A stretch of 64,000 nt of DNA, from NCBI GenBank assembly GCA_963795125.1, contig CAWCGQ010000004.1, positions 701,842-765,841 of the forward strand, written 5' to 3'. Shown in pieces: positions 21,559-32,381 of this stretch. Position 1 is the first letter of the stretch. Each line of letters starts with the position of its first letter. A model generated the notes under the pieces. The model was not told where the DNA came from. It was given only the letters and a program-made list of their open reading frames with translations, and made no database searches. The position numbers and the translations under genes were made by a program. The stretch is from an uncultured Acidimicrobiia bacterium. GTDB lineage: Bacteria > Acidobacteriota > Vicinamibacteria > Vicinamibacterales > UBA2999.

Positions 21559-22062
21559 ATGGCGAATCATCCGCACCGGCTTCCGAGATCTCACTACGTC
21601 GGTCGTCGAACGCACTTCCTCAGCGCTTGCACGCACTGTCGACACTCGCTGTTCCGCGAGCCAGCGACCTGCGAACTCGTGGTCACGCAATTACTGCGCA
21701 CATCCCGCAAGCACAGGTTTGCAATAATCGCGTACGTGCTGATGCCGGACCACATCCATGTCCTGCTAAAAGGCGGCTCGAACGATTCAGACTTTCTGAA
21801 ATGGCTCGACCTGTTCAGGCAGCTGTCGGCCTTCTGGGAGAAACGGCGATCGCGCTGCGTCCTCTGGCAGGAGGGATATTGGGACTACACCTTGCGAGAC
21901 GACGAGTCGGTCCCGGGCATCGCGTCGTACATCGTCTGGAATCCGGTCGCAGCTGGCCTGGTTGCGCGACCCGAACTCTACGCGTATACCGGATCCGAGA
22001 CGTCGACGGTCTTGGACCTGGCAGCGGCTCCGTCGCATAAGCCGCGTGTCGGAGACGTATAG
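21559..22062 (+). mobile_element. rayT: REP-associated tyrosine transposase (RAYT, IS200-like Y1 HUH nuclease)
   Basis: YVLMPDHIH (HUH), WQEGYWDYTLR, YIVWNPVAAGLV; flanked by REPs on both sides. Confidence 0.88.
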
Positions 22063-22070
22063 CGGCAGGA

Positions 22071-22127
22071 GAGAGCGACGGCTAAAGCCGTCGCTCTCCA
22101 AACCCCAAGCGAAGCGTCGCTCCAAAC
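22071..22127. repeat. REP downstream of RAYT (inverted orientation) plus a degenerate half copy
   Basis: GAGAGCGACGGCTAAAGCCGTCGCTCTCCAAAC followed by GCGTCGCTCCAAAC. Confidence 0.88.
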
Positions 22128-22142
22128 GAAGCGTCGCCGCGC

Positions 22143-25100
22143 CTATCCCTTTGTCGACAGCGTCTTCACCATCTGCTGGTAGTACGCGATCCGGCTGAGC
22201 TGATCCTTTGTCGGCGCGCCGGTCCAGCGCCCGATCGCGCCATACAAGCCGCTGATGCGCGACAGCAACTCGCGCGACTGGCGCTTCAAATCGACCACGT
22301 CTGCGCCGGTGCCCGGCAGCTTCTGAATGCGATCGTTGACCGGGGCGAACTCGCGCGCGAGGGCCGCCGTCTGCTGCAGCGCGTCCATCCACTGCTTCCG
22401 CTCCGCGGCCGAAATGTCGATGCGTGGATCCTCACGCACTTCCACCTTCTGCTCGAGCGTGCGCCCGCCCGCCGCCAGCCGCACCAGGTAAGTGCCAGGC
22501 GCCACCAGCGGACCCGGCGTCGTCGATCCTCCCGCCGGCGCATCGTCGCCGCCGCCAAACCCGCCGCGGATCGGCAGATCGGCCTCGCGCAAGTTCCACA
22601 CGATCCGGTTGATGCCGCGATTGCCGGTGCCGCGTAGCGTGTTCACCAGCTGGCCGCTCGCGGTATGCACCGTTACGGCCGGCGCGACGCCCGGCGAGCC
22701 GATCCAGTAGTCCACCAACGCTCCGTTGGCCGGGTTCTCGCCACGGAACCACATGTCGCCGGTGTGCGCCTTCACGTTGGTCTGCCGAATCTGATACGCC
22801 GGCGCAATCGTGAACAGATGCGAGGGTGATGCAATCACCTGCGGCGTCAGTTCCTGGAGCGCGTTGATCTTGTCGAGGATCCAGATGCCGCGGCCATGAG
22901 TGCCAAGCACCAGGTCGTTGTCGCGCGGGTGAATCACCAGATCGTTGTGCGGCAGCGTCGGCATGTTGTTCTTGAGCTCAATCCAGTTGGTGCCGCCGTT
23001 CGGCGAGAAGAACAGGCCGATCTCCGTTCCCGCGAACAGCAGGTTCGGATTCTTGACGTCCTCGCGAATGGTTCGGACGACGCGGCCGGACGGCATGTCG
23101 CCGGCAATCGAGGCGAACGTCTTGCCGCCGTCGCTCGACTTGTAGATCCAGTTGCCGAGGTCGTTGCTGCGATGGTTGTCCATGGCCACATACACGGTGT
23201 TGGCCTGGTGACGCGAAGCTTCGATGCCGCCGAACCACGACGACTTCGGCGCCCCCGGCAGTCGATCCTGCAGGTCGGTCCACGTCCTGCCTTCGTCCAC
23301 CGACATCCGCAACCGGCCATCGTCGGAGCCGACGTAGATGAGCCCCTTCTGCAGCGGCGAAGGCGCAATGGCGACCAGGCCCGGATAGAAGGGCACACCG
23401 TCATCGACCGAAAGCGTGTTCTCGTCCGGCAGCTTGCCCATCACCGGCAGCTTCGCCCGATCGACCCCGGTGGTCATGTCGCCAAGATCCTCCCAGCTGT
23501 TGCCGCGATCGCGCGAGCGGAACAGGTGCTTGCCGCCGGCGTAGATGGTGGCGGGGTCAAACGGCGACAGCGCGACCGGCGCGTCCCAGTTGGCGTAGTG
23601 CCACTCGTTGCCCAGCACCTGCGCCGGCACGTCCTTGCCCCAGGTGTTCCAGTTGCGGCGGTCGCCGATTGCGCCCTGCGGATCGCCGGGGCGAATGTCC
23701 TGGCTGGCAAAGGTGCGGGTGTCGCCGCGCTGCAGGCCGAGGAACTGGCTGGCCGAAATCACGTGGCGCGCATTGGTCGGATCCGGCACCGAGAAGAAGC
23801 CGTCGCCGCCGCACAGCCGCGACCAGTGCTCGTTGAGGATGCCGTTAGTGGTCCAGACCGCGCTCGGGCCTTTCCAGCAGCCGTTGTCCTGCAAGCCGCC
23901 GTAGATGTTGTACGGCCGCTCGTTGTCCACCGCGACGCGGTAGTACCTGCGAGACCGCGAGGTTCTGCACGTAGAGGAACTTCAACCCGCGATCGAACGA
24001 GATGCCGATGCCGCCGTCGTCCAGCTTGATGACGTGGCGCGAATCCTTCGGATTGATCCACACGAAACGATCGTCGCCGTGCGTCGTCGTGTTCGGTGAG
24101 GTGAACGACTCGCCGCCGTTGTCGGAGTAGGAGTACTGGTTGAGCATGTAGACGCGGCGATCGTCCTGCGGATCGATCGTCGGCTGGCTCGCATACATCG
24201 GCCGCGGGTTCCAGTTCGACATGAACCGCCACGTCTTGCCGGCGTCGTTGCTGCGATAGAGGCCGCCGCGCCGCTCGGTGTAGGCGGTCGAGGCGTTGTA
24301 GCGGAAACCCTGCTCGATGCTGGCGATCACGACGCGCGGGTCCTTGCGATACACCGCGATGCCAATCCGTCCGTACTCGCCTTCCGGCAGGCCGTTTCCG
24401 GTCAGCCTGGTCCACGTTGCCCCGGCGTCGATGCTCTTCCACAGCCCGCTGCCGGGCCCGCCGCCGTTGAAGCCGAACGCGGTTCGACGACGCTGGTAGG
24501 ACGCGGCATACAACACATTCGGATCGAGTGAATCCATCACGACATCGGTGACGCCGGTGTCGTCGTCCACGTGCAGCGTGCGCTGCCAGGTCTTGCCGCC
24601 ATCCATCGTGCGATAGAGCCCACGGTCGCCGCCGGGGCCCCACACCGATCCCTGCGCCGCCACGTAGACGATTGCCGGGTTCGACGGGTGAGTGACGATG
24701 CGCCCGATGTGCATCGAGGTCTTGAGCCCGACGTTGGTCCAGGTGTTCGCGCCGTCGGTGCTCTTGTAGATGCCGTCGCCCCAGCCGACACTCTGTCGAT
24801 TGGCGCGCTCGCCGGTGCCGACCCAGATGATGTTGGGGTCGGGCTGATAGATCGCGACATCGCCGATCGAGTGCACCGCTTCGCGCTCGAACACCGGCGC
24901 CCACGTGATGCCGTTGTCGGTGGTGCGGAACATCCCGCCGGTCGCCGAGGCGACATACATCGTGAAGGGATTGGACTCGACCACATCCATGTCGACGAAG
25001 CGTCCCGACATTGTCGCCGGCCCGATGCCGCGCAACCGCAACCCCGCAAGGTCCGACGTCTGGAGAGTCGACTGGAGATTTGGCGTCTGGACAGCGACGG

Positions 25101-25185
25101 CTTTAGCCGTCGCTGGATCAATTTGCGAAACGGCTGCGATCGCAACCGCAATGACAAGCAGAGACAGAAATTGGCGTCGTACCAT
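22143..25185 (-). CDS. Large secreted BNR/Asp-box (VPS10/sialidase-like) propeller protein; frameshift near 23947
   Basis: Repeated SxDGGxTW boxes, GGLQDNG, GTHGRG; two ORFs join if one G is removed. Confidence 0.85.
25088..25114. repeat. RAYT-type REP copy inside the BNR protein CDS
   Basis: TGGACAGCGACGGCTTTAGCCGTCGCT; 26 of 27 bases match the REP at 21362. Confidence 0.85.
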
Positions 25186-25223
25186 GACGCAGATCCTACT
25201 ACCGACTGCAGTAGTATGCGGGG

Positions 25224-25631
25224 ATGGCAGACCAACACCAGACCCTGCAGGGCACGAGCGTAATGCCGAGCCTGACCGTCAACAATGTTCAAGAAAGCCT
25301 GGCGTTCTTCTCCGCGCTCGGCTTCGAAGTGGAAGACCGCTGGGAGGATAACGGCGTGCTGCTCGGCGCGATGCTCAAGGGCGGTACTGCCCGGCTCGGC
25401 CTCTCCCAGGACGATGGCAAGAAGGGCATGAACCGCGTCAAGGGCGTCGGCGTGCGCATTTACATCGAGGCGAACGGCGACATCGACGCCGTCGCGGCCC
25501 GGGCGAAGGCGGCGGGCATCACGCTGACGAAGGAGCCGGCGGATACCGAGTGGGGCACGCGCGCGTTCGACGTGACCGAGCCGAGCGGCTTCGTCCTGAC
25601 GATCGCGTCGCCGTCGGCGCCGAAGGCGTAG
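25224..25631 (+). CDS. VOC/glyoxalase family protein
   Basis: PSLTVNNVQESLAFF...EPADTEWGTRAFDVTEPSG. Confidence 0.85.
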   Translation: MADQHQTLQGTSVMPSLTVNNVQESLAFFSALGFEVEDRWEDNGVLLGAMLKGGTARLGLSQDDGKKGMNRVKGVGVRIYIEANGDIDAVAARAKAAGITLTKEPADTEWGTRAFDVTEPSGFVLTIASPSAPKA

Positions 25632-25641
25632 GGATCTTCGG

Positions 25642-26017
25642 CTAGGTCCAGATGATCGGGACGCCGTACGGCTCCAGCGCCGGATCGTGCGTCACGATCG
25701 TCGCGCCCTCGACACGCGCCTGAGCGATTAGCAAACGGTCGAACGGATCGCCGTGGTGTCGCGGGAGGCGCTCCAGTTCCTCCGCATGCCGCATCGTGAT
25801 GTGAAGCTCGGTGAAGTCGTCGGCCGCGAGCATCACTCTGAACGACTCGCGAAGCTGCAAACGACCTTGCGCTACCTTGATGGCGACCTCCACGGCCGGT
25901 CGCGGCGCTGACCCAGACGACGTCTGCCGTGGTAATGGCGCGCCGCGCTTCCCGACCCAGGCGCTCGTCCTCGCGCTGCCACCAGATTGCGGCATGCGTG
26001 TCGAGCAGCAGCTTCAT
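25642..26017 (-). CDS. vapC: PIN-domain (VapC family) toxin; frameshift near 25900
   Basis: MKLLLDTHA and HGDPFDRLLIAQA...IVTHD in two frames. Confidence 0.85.
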
Positions 26018-26250
26018 TCGATTGTGCTGTTGTCGAAAGCGTCGATGACATCGGGCATCGGCGCGTCAAAATCGTCCGACATCCAGATCTTGTCCTTGAA
26101 TCGCCCCGGCTTGCGGCGAGCGCGCTCGCGGATTGGAACGAGCTTCGCCATCGGCTTGCCGTTCTTCGCGATGATGATCTCCGCGCCCGCCGCCGCCTGA
26201 TCGACCAGCGCGGACAGCTGCGTCTTCGCTTCGTACAAGTTCAACGTCAT
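26014..26250 (-). CDS. Phd/YefM family antitoxin
   Basis: NLYEAKTQLSALVD...IIIAKNGKPMAKLVP; 4-bp overlap with the toxin gene. Confidence 0.9.
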   Translation of the reverse strand: MTLNLYEAKTQLSALVDQAAAGAEIIIAKNGKPMAKLVPIRERARRKPGRFKDKIWMSDDFDAPMPDVIDAFDNSTIE

Positions 26251-26349
26251 GACGACGACGCTAGCATCGTCATCTTCAGTTGGTCAAGTTGGTCAAGGGC
26301 CGGCGCGGCGTCCGGTGCCGCCGATGGATCGGTAAATCGCGACCGCTCG

Positions 26350-27286
26350 CTATTTGTAGAGGTCGCCGGCCAGGTACTTCAATCCGGTATCGACGGCCAC
26401 CGTGGCGACAACCTTGCCCGGTCCGAGTTCGCGCGCGAGCGCGAGGGCGGCCACCAGGTTCACGCCGCTCGATGTTCCGGCAAAGACGCCTTCCTCCTTT
26501 GCGAGCCGGCGCGCCATCGCCCGGCCGCTCTTCTCATCGATCACCCGCACCTCGTCGTACATGTCCCTGCTCAGATGCGGCGGCCAGAAACCGGCGGCGG
26601 TTCCCTCCACGCGATGCGGCCCACCCTTGCCGGTGGTCAGGAACGGCGAGGTGGAGGGCTCGAGCGCGACGATCCGCGCCTGGCTGCCGGCGGACTTGAG
26701 TGCGCGTGACACGCCGACGAGCATGCCCGCCGATCCGACGGCGCCGACGAACGCATCCACGTGACCGATCTGCTCAACCAGCTCGTGGCCGATGTTGGCG
26801 TAGCCGTCGAGCGCGTCGGGGTTGTTGAACTGATCGGTCCAGAAGGTGTTCGGATCCTTCACCAGCTCCGCGATACGCGCCTTGAACGTGTCGAACAGCG
26901 CCGGCGTCACCTTGCCGCCGTCGCTTTGCGACGATCTCGAGCTCGGCGCCGAACGCGCGCATGGTGTCGAGCTTCTCCCTGGCGAAGGCGTCGGACGACA
27001 GCGGATGGAACTCGTATCCCTTGATCGCGCACACCATGGCGAGCGATGAGCCGGTGCTGCCGCCGGTGTATTCGACGACGCGCATCCCCTTGCGGAGCGT
27101 GCCGCGCTTTTCCGCGCCGGCAATCATCGCCAGCGCCATGCGGTCCTTGTAGGAGCCGGTCGGGTTGAAGTATTCGAGCTTGACCACCACGTCGGCCGAG
27201 TTCGGCGGCACCACGCGGTGCAGGCGCATCAGCGGCGTGTGGCCGATGGCGTCGAGAACGGAATCCACGGGAGCTGGAGAAGGCAT
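26350..27286 (-). CDS. PLP-dependent cysteine synthase family protein; frameshift near 26930
   Basis: IGHTPL, KLEYFNPTGSYKDR, DQFNNP, GVFAGTSSG, DTGLKYL. Confidence 0.85.
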
Positions 27287-27316
27287 AGTGGGCCCATAGG
27301 TACAATCCGCGCCGTT

Positions 27317-28627
27317 ATGAAGCAGTTCCTTCGTTCACTGGCGCTTGTCACCCTGGCGACCGGAGCGGTGTGGGCCGGGCAGGCGCGCCTCGCTCCCGCC
27401 TCACCAGGCGCCGCGGTGGCTCCTGCCAGCGTCGGCATCTCCAACGAGCGACTGCAGCGTTTGCACGTCGGCATGCAAGGCTCGGTCGATCGTCGCGAAG
27501 CCGCCGGCGTGGTCACGCTGGTGGCGCGTGAGGGCAAGGTGGTCGACCTGCACGCGGTCGGCTTTCAGGACGTCGAGCAGAAGGTCCCGATGCGGACCGA
27601 CTCGATCTTCCGCATTGCCTCCATGACCAAGCCGATCACGAGCGTCGCGATCATGATGCTCTACGAGGAGGGCAAGCTGCTCCTGACCGATCCGGTGTCG
27701 AAGTTCATTCCCGCGTTCAAGAGCGCGCGCGTGCTCGAGGGCACGGATGCGGCCGCGGCGCCGGTCGCGGCGCGTCGTGCCATCAACGTGCGCGATCTGC
27801 TCACGCATCGCAGTGGCATCACCTACGGCTTTCTGAGCGGCGGGCCGGTCGGCGCCGGCTATCGCAAGAACGGCGTCACCGACGGGCTGACCTCGACGAC
27901 GATGACGCTCCAGGAGGGGATCGACAAGCTGGCCGCCGAGCCGCTGGTGAGCCAGCCGGGCGCGGCCTTCAACTACAGCCTGTCCACCGACGTGCTTGGC
28001 CGCGTGGTGGAGGTGGCATCGGGTCAGCCGCTCAACGTGTTCCTGCGCGAGCGCATCTTCATGCCGCTCAGGATGGTCGACACCGATTTCGTCGTGCCCG
28101 AGTCCAAGTGGTCGCGGTTCGCGACGGTGTACTCGCCGGACGGCAAGGGCGGCATCAGGCCGATGACCGATCCGGAAGCGTTCGGCAACACCCACATGTC
28201 GCCGCTTGCGTACTACAAGACCGGCAAGACCTATTTCTCCGGCGGCGCCGGCCTGGTCTCGACGGCCGGCGACTACGGCCGCTTCGCCAACATGCTCGTG
28301 AACGGCGGCGCGCTCGACGGCGTTCGGCTGCTCGGTCCGAAGTCGATCGAGCTGATGACGACCAGTCACAGCGCCGATCTTCCGCATCCGCTCCCGCTCG
28401 TCGGCGCCGGCAAGTCCTGGGGCCTGGGCTTCCAGGTCGTCACCGATCTCGGCGCGACGCAGACGATGGGGTCGCCGGGCATGTACGGCTGGACCGGGAT
28501 CTACGGCACGGTCTTCTGGGTGGATCCGAAGGAGAAGCTGGTTTCGATCATGATGGTGCAGCGCTACCCGGGTCCGGGTGTCGGGCCGGCGTTTTTGCCG
28601 CTCGTGTATCAGGCCCTCGTCAGGTAG
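27317..28627 (+). CDS. Serine hydrolase, beta-lactamase family
   Basis: FRIASMTK (SxxK), LLTHRSG, FNYS; signal peptide from ATG 27317. Confidence 0.9.
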   Translation: MKQFLRSLALVTLATGAVWAGQARLAPASPGAAVAPASVGISNERLQRLHVGMQGSVDRREAAGVVTLVAREGKVVDLHAVGFQDVEQKVPMRTDSIFRIASMTKPITSVAIMMLYEEGKLLLTDPVSKFIPAFKSARVLEGTDAAAAPVAARRAINVRDLLTHRSGITYGFLSGGPVGAGYRKNGVTDGLTSTTMTLQEGIDKLAAEPLVSQPGAAFNYSLSTDVLGRVVEVASGQPLNVFLRERIFMPLRMVDTDFVVPESKWSRFATVYSPDGKGGIRPMTDPEAFGNTHMSPLAYYKTGKTYFSGGAGLVSTAGDYGRFANMLVNGGALDGVRLLGPKSIELMTTSHSADLPHPLPLVGAGKSWGLGFQVVTDLGATQTMGSPGMYGWTGIYGTVFWVDPKEKLVSIMMVQRYPGPGVGPAFLPLVYQALVR

Positions 28628-28652
28628 ATGTAACGGGGTCTGGCACCTTAAC
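28628..28652. repeat. 25-bp dispersed intergenic repeat, copy 2
   Basis: Identical to 7745-7769. Confidence 0.75.
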
Positions 28653-28712
28653 ACCCGATTTTGCTGCATTTCCTGCGTACTCAGAGACGCAGTCGTAGGG
28701 TAGCGTGGAGAA

Positions 28713-29588
28713 GTGTCGCTCGCGGTGGTCCGCAACTCGCGCTCCGGGTCCGCCATCGATCCCGGCAGGCTGGAGCAGGCGTTACGACGTGCCGGCGTCG
28801 AGGCCGACATTCTCGATATCCCGGACGAGCCGGCGTTCGATCGGTGGATCGACGGCATCGCCGCTCGTTATGAGGTGATTGCCGCCGCCGGCGGCGATGG
28901 CACCGTGTCGTCGGTCGCGGCCGGCGTGGCCCGCGCCAGCAGGACGCTGGCGGTCATTCCTTCGGGCACGCTGAATCATTTCGCGCGGGATCTGGGTATT
29001 CCCACCGAGCTCGATGAGGCCGTTGCGCTGCTGCGCACGGGTGGTCCTCGACCGGTGGACGTGGGCTTCGTCAACGATCAGTTTTTCCTCAACAACGTCA
29101 GCCTCGGCAGTTATCCGCGGATGGTCTACGAGCGAGAAGCGCTCGAAGCGCGCGGCCGTTCTCACCGCCTGGCGTCGATTGTCGCGGTCGGCAAGACCTG
29201 GTGGCGCCTGCGGAGCCTGAGCGCGTCGATTACCGTCGGCGGCCGCGAACTGGTCCGGCGTTCTCCGTTCATCGTGGTTGGCAACGGCCACTACGTGTTG
29301 TCTGGATTCGCGTTGGGCCGGCGCGACAACATTTCCGATCGCCAGCTGTCGTTGTATGTGGCGCCACGCCTCGGCAGGCTCGGAGCGATGTCGATACCGC
29401 TGCGTGCTCTGGTCGGATCGCTCGAGCGCTACGAACAGTTCGAGTCGCTCTCGGGCCCGTCGTTTACCATCGCGCTGAAGCGCCGCCGCGTGTTCGCCGG
29501 CATCGACGGCGAAGTTCGCGAGCTCGAATCGCCGCTCAATTTCGTCGTCAAGCCGGGCGCGCTGAAGGTGCTGGCGCCGACGCCATGA
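28713..29588 (+). CDS. Diacylglycerol/lipid kinase family protein
   Basis: AGGDGT, IPSGTLNHFARDLG, IDGE. Confidence 0.9.
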   Translation: MSLAVVRNSRSGSAIDPGRLEQALRRAGVEADILDIPDEPAFDRWIDGIAARYEVIAAAGGDGTVSSVAAGVARASRTLAVIPSGTLNHFARDLGIPTELDEAVALLRTGGPRPVDVGFVNDQFFLNNVSLGSYPRMVYEREALEARGRSHRLASIVAVGKTWWRLRSLSASITVGGRELVRRSPFIVVGNGHYVLSGFALGRRDNISDRQLSLYVAPRLGRLGAMSIPLRALVGSLERYEQFESLSGPSFTIALKRRRVFAGIDGEVRELESPLNFVVKPGALKVLAPTP

Positions 29589-30412
29589 GAACGCTGGTGC
29601 ATCTGTCGGATCTGCATTTTGGCCGCATCGACCCAACGCTGGTCGAACCGCTCCGGCGCGCGGTGGTCGAGTTGAAGCCCGATCTCGTGGCAATTTCCGG
29701 CGACTTCACCCAGCGGGCCCGCCGCTCGCAGTTCGCGGCGGCGCGCGCGTTTGTCGATTCGCTCGACGCGAGGACGCTGGTCGTGCCCGGCAATCACGAC
29801 GTGCCCCTCTACGACGTGGTCGAGCGCTTCGCGGCGCCGCTGCGGCGCTATCGCCAATTCATCTCCGCCAATCTCGAGCCCGAGTACATCGACGAGGAGA
29901 TGATCGTCCTCGGCGTGAACACCGCGCGTGCGGTGGTGTTTCCGCTGGGCGAAGGCCGCATCAACGAGCGGCAGGTCGAGCACGTGGTGCGGCGGCTGGC
30001 CAGCGTCCCGGCGCCGCTGCTGCGCGTGATCGTCACGCATCATCCCTTCGATCTGCCGCCGGGTGTTCACGGTCGACGGCTGCTCGGCCGCAGCGCCATG
30101 GCCATGGCGCGCCTCGCCGAGGCCAACGCCGATCTGTTTCTGTCGGGCCACCTGCACATCAGCCACGTGTCGCATGCGGTGGATCGCTACGAAGTGGCGG
30201 GACACTCGGCGCTGATCGTCCAGGCCGGCACCGTCTCGACGCGCGGCCGCGGAGAGCAGCCCTCCTTCAACGTGCTGCGAATGCAACGCCCGGAGATCGA
30301 GTTGTCGCGCCATTCGTGGGATGAGGCCAACCGGACTTTCACCTCGTTCAGGATCGGCCGCTACACCCACAGCGCCCGCGGCTGGACCGCCGCCTTGCCC
30401 AAAGGGGACTGA
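29585..30412 (+). CDS. Metallophosphoesterase (Icc/CpdA-like)
   Basis: HLSDLHFG, SGDFT, PGNHD, THHP, SGHLH; ATGA overlap with the kinase gene. Confidence 0.9.
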   Translation: MRTLVHLSDLHFGRIDPTLVEPLRRAVVELKPDLVAISGDFTQRARRSQFAAARAFVDSLDARTLVVPGNHDVPLYDVVERFAAPLRRYRQFISANLEPEYIDEEMIVLGVNTARAVVFPLGEGRINERQVEHVVRRLASVPAPLLRVIVTHHPFDLPPGVHGRRLLGRSAMAMARLAEANADLFLSGHLHISHVSHAVDRYEVAGHSALIVQAGTVSTRGRGEQPSFNVLRMQRPEIELSRHSWDEANRTFTSFRIGRYTHSARGWTAALPKGD

Positions 30413-30502
30413 CTGCGGAGCGGTCATCTGTCCGCGGCGAGTTTGTCGAGCCCTGCTGGATGTGATCGACGAACTCCCGGAACCACTGCAGAACGTTGCC
30501 AG

Positions 30503-30538
30503 TGGAACCCCTGGAACCTTTGGTACTCCTGGAACCCT
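30503..30538. repeat. Degenerate 9-bp tandem repeat (TGGAACCYY) x4
   Basis: tggaacccc tggaacctt tggtactcc tggaaccct. Confidence 0.7.
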
Positions 30539-30560
30539 CCGCTTTCGCTATCATCCTCGC

Positions 30561-32324
30561 GTGCAGCTCACGACCCTCGACTGGGTCATCGTCATCGTCT
30601 CGCTCGCCCTCTCGTTCGCCCCGGCCATTTACCTGATGCGCCGCGCCGGGTCGAACACCACCGAATTCTTTACCTCCGGCCGCGCCGCCCCCTGGTGGCT
30701 CATCGGCGGCTCGATGGTGGCGACGACCTTCTCCACCGACACGCCGAACCTCGTCACCAACCTGGTCCGCGAAGGCGGCGTCGCCAGCAACTGGGTGTGG
30801 TGGGCGTTCCTGCTCACCGGCATGAGCACGGTGTTCTTCTACGCGCGGATGTGGCGGCGGTCGGGCGTCCTCACCGACCTGGAGTTCTACGAGATTCGCT
30901 ATTCAGGCAAGCCGGCGGCGATGGTGCGCGCGTTTCGCGCCGTGTATCTCGGCCTGTTCTTCAACATCGTGATCATGGCGACGGTGAACCTGGCCGCGGC
31001 CAAGATTGCCAACGTGCTGCTCGGATGGCCGATGTGGCAGACCCTCGCGGTGTGCGCGGTGATCAACATCTCCTTTGCCTCGATCGCCGGCCTGTGGGGC
31101 GTGCTCGTCACCGACGCGTTCCAGTTCGCCATCGCCATGACCGCGTCGATCGCCGCGGCGTATTACGCGCTGCAACGGCCGGAGGTCGGCGGCTTGTCGG
31201 GATTAGTCGCGCAGATCCCGCCGTCGACGCTGCAGCTGCTGCCCGATTTCAACGACTGGTCGCTCGCGCTCTCGGTCTTCATCCTGCCGCTGACCATCGC
31301 GTGGTGGTCGGTGTGGTATCCCGGCTCGGAGCCCGGCGGCGGCAGCTACATCGCGCAGCGCATCCTGGCCGCGAAGAGCGAGCGCGATGCGCTCGGCGGC
31401 ACGCTGTTCTTCAACGTCGCCCACTACGCGATCCGTCCCTGGCCGTGGATCATCGTCGCGCTGGCATCGCTGCTCGTCTTCCCCGAGCTCTCCGATATTG
31501 CGCGCGCATTTCCGTATCTCGATCCGAAGCTGATCGGCCACGACACTGCGTATTCGGCGATGCTCACGTTTCTCCCGCCCGGCATCCTCGGTGTGATGGT
31601 GGCAGGGCTGCTGGCGAGCTACGTATCGACCATCTCCTCGCATCTCAACTGGGGCACGTCGTACCTCGTGCACGATCTGTATCGCCGCTTCATTCACGCC
31701 GATGCGACGGAACGTCACTACGTGCTCGTCGGGCGGCTGGTCACCGGCCTCTTGATGCTGCTCGCCGCCGGCATGACCTTCCTGCTCGAGTCGGCCCGCA
31801 CCAGTTTCGAGCTGCTGCTGTCGATCGGCGCGGGCTCGGGATTGCTGTACCTGATGCGATGGTATTGGTGGCGCATCAACGCCTGGAGCGAAATTGCCGC
31901 CATGCTGGTCTCGTTCGCGGTGTCGGTCGGCTTCTTCGTCGCCGGAAAGATGGGCAGCGCCACGGCTCCCAACACGGTGCTGCTCGTCACCGTGTTTGCG
32001 ACCACCGTCGCGTGGATCGCCGTCACCCTCGCCACCCGTCCCGAGAACGAAGCCACGCTCGTTCGGTTCTATCAACTGGTGCGGCCGGCCGGCCCCGGCT
32101 GGGGCGCGATTCCCTTGAAGGCCGGTGTCGGCCCATCGCCAGACAGCATTTCGATGCAGCTGCTTGGCTGGGTCCTCGGCTGCATGTTCATTTACGCGAC
32201 GCTCTTCGGCGCCGGCAGCGCGATTTATGGAAATACCCCACAGGCGCTGGTCTTTCTCGTGGTCTGGGTCCTCAGCGGAGCGGGACTGATCCGAATTGTG
32301 GCCACCAACTTCAGCGCTCGATAG
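30561..32324 (+). CDS. Sodium:solute symporter family protein
   Basis: PWWLIGGSMVATTF, YIAQRILAAK, many TM helices; GTG start at 30561. Confidence 0.9.
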   Translation: MQLTTLDWVIVIVSLALSFAPAIYLMRRAGSNTTEFFTSGRAAPWWLIGGSMVATTFSTDTPNLVTNLVREGGVASNWVWWAFLLTGMSTVFFYARMWRRSGVLTDLEFYEIRYSGKPAAMVRAFRAVYLGLFFNIVIMATVNLAAAKIANVLLGWPMWQTLAVCAVINISFASIAGLWGVLVTDAFQFAIAMTASIAAAYYALQRPEVGGLSGLVAQIPPSTLQLLPDFNDWSLALSVFILPLTIAWWSVWYPGSEPGGGSYIAQRILAAKSERDALGGTLFFNVAHYAIRPWPWIIVALASLLVFPELSDIARAFPYLDPKLIGHDTAYSAMLTFLPPGILGVMVAGLLASYVSTISSHLNWGTSYLVHDLYRRFIHADATERHYVLVGRLVTGLLMLLAAGMTFLLESARTSFELLLSIGAGSGLLYLMRWYWWRINAWSEIAAMLVSFAVSVGFFVAGKMGSATAPNTVLLVTVFATTVAWIAVTLATRPENEATLVRFYQLVRPAGPGWGAIPLKAGVGPSPDSISMQLLGWVLGCMFIYATLFGAGSAIYGNTPQALVFLVVWVLSGAGLIRIVATNFSAR

Positions 32325-32381
32325 CTGATGGGCTTTGGACCCATAATGGTTCTAGCCCAGCCATTGCCTCCGGAGGTTCCT

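Noticed and set aside
21559-22062. RAYT as the mobiliser of the 417-bp array
   Set aside because: The array shares no sequence with the REPs flanking this RAYT, so no link is visible.
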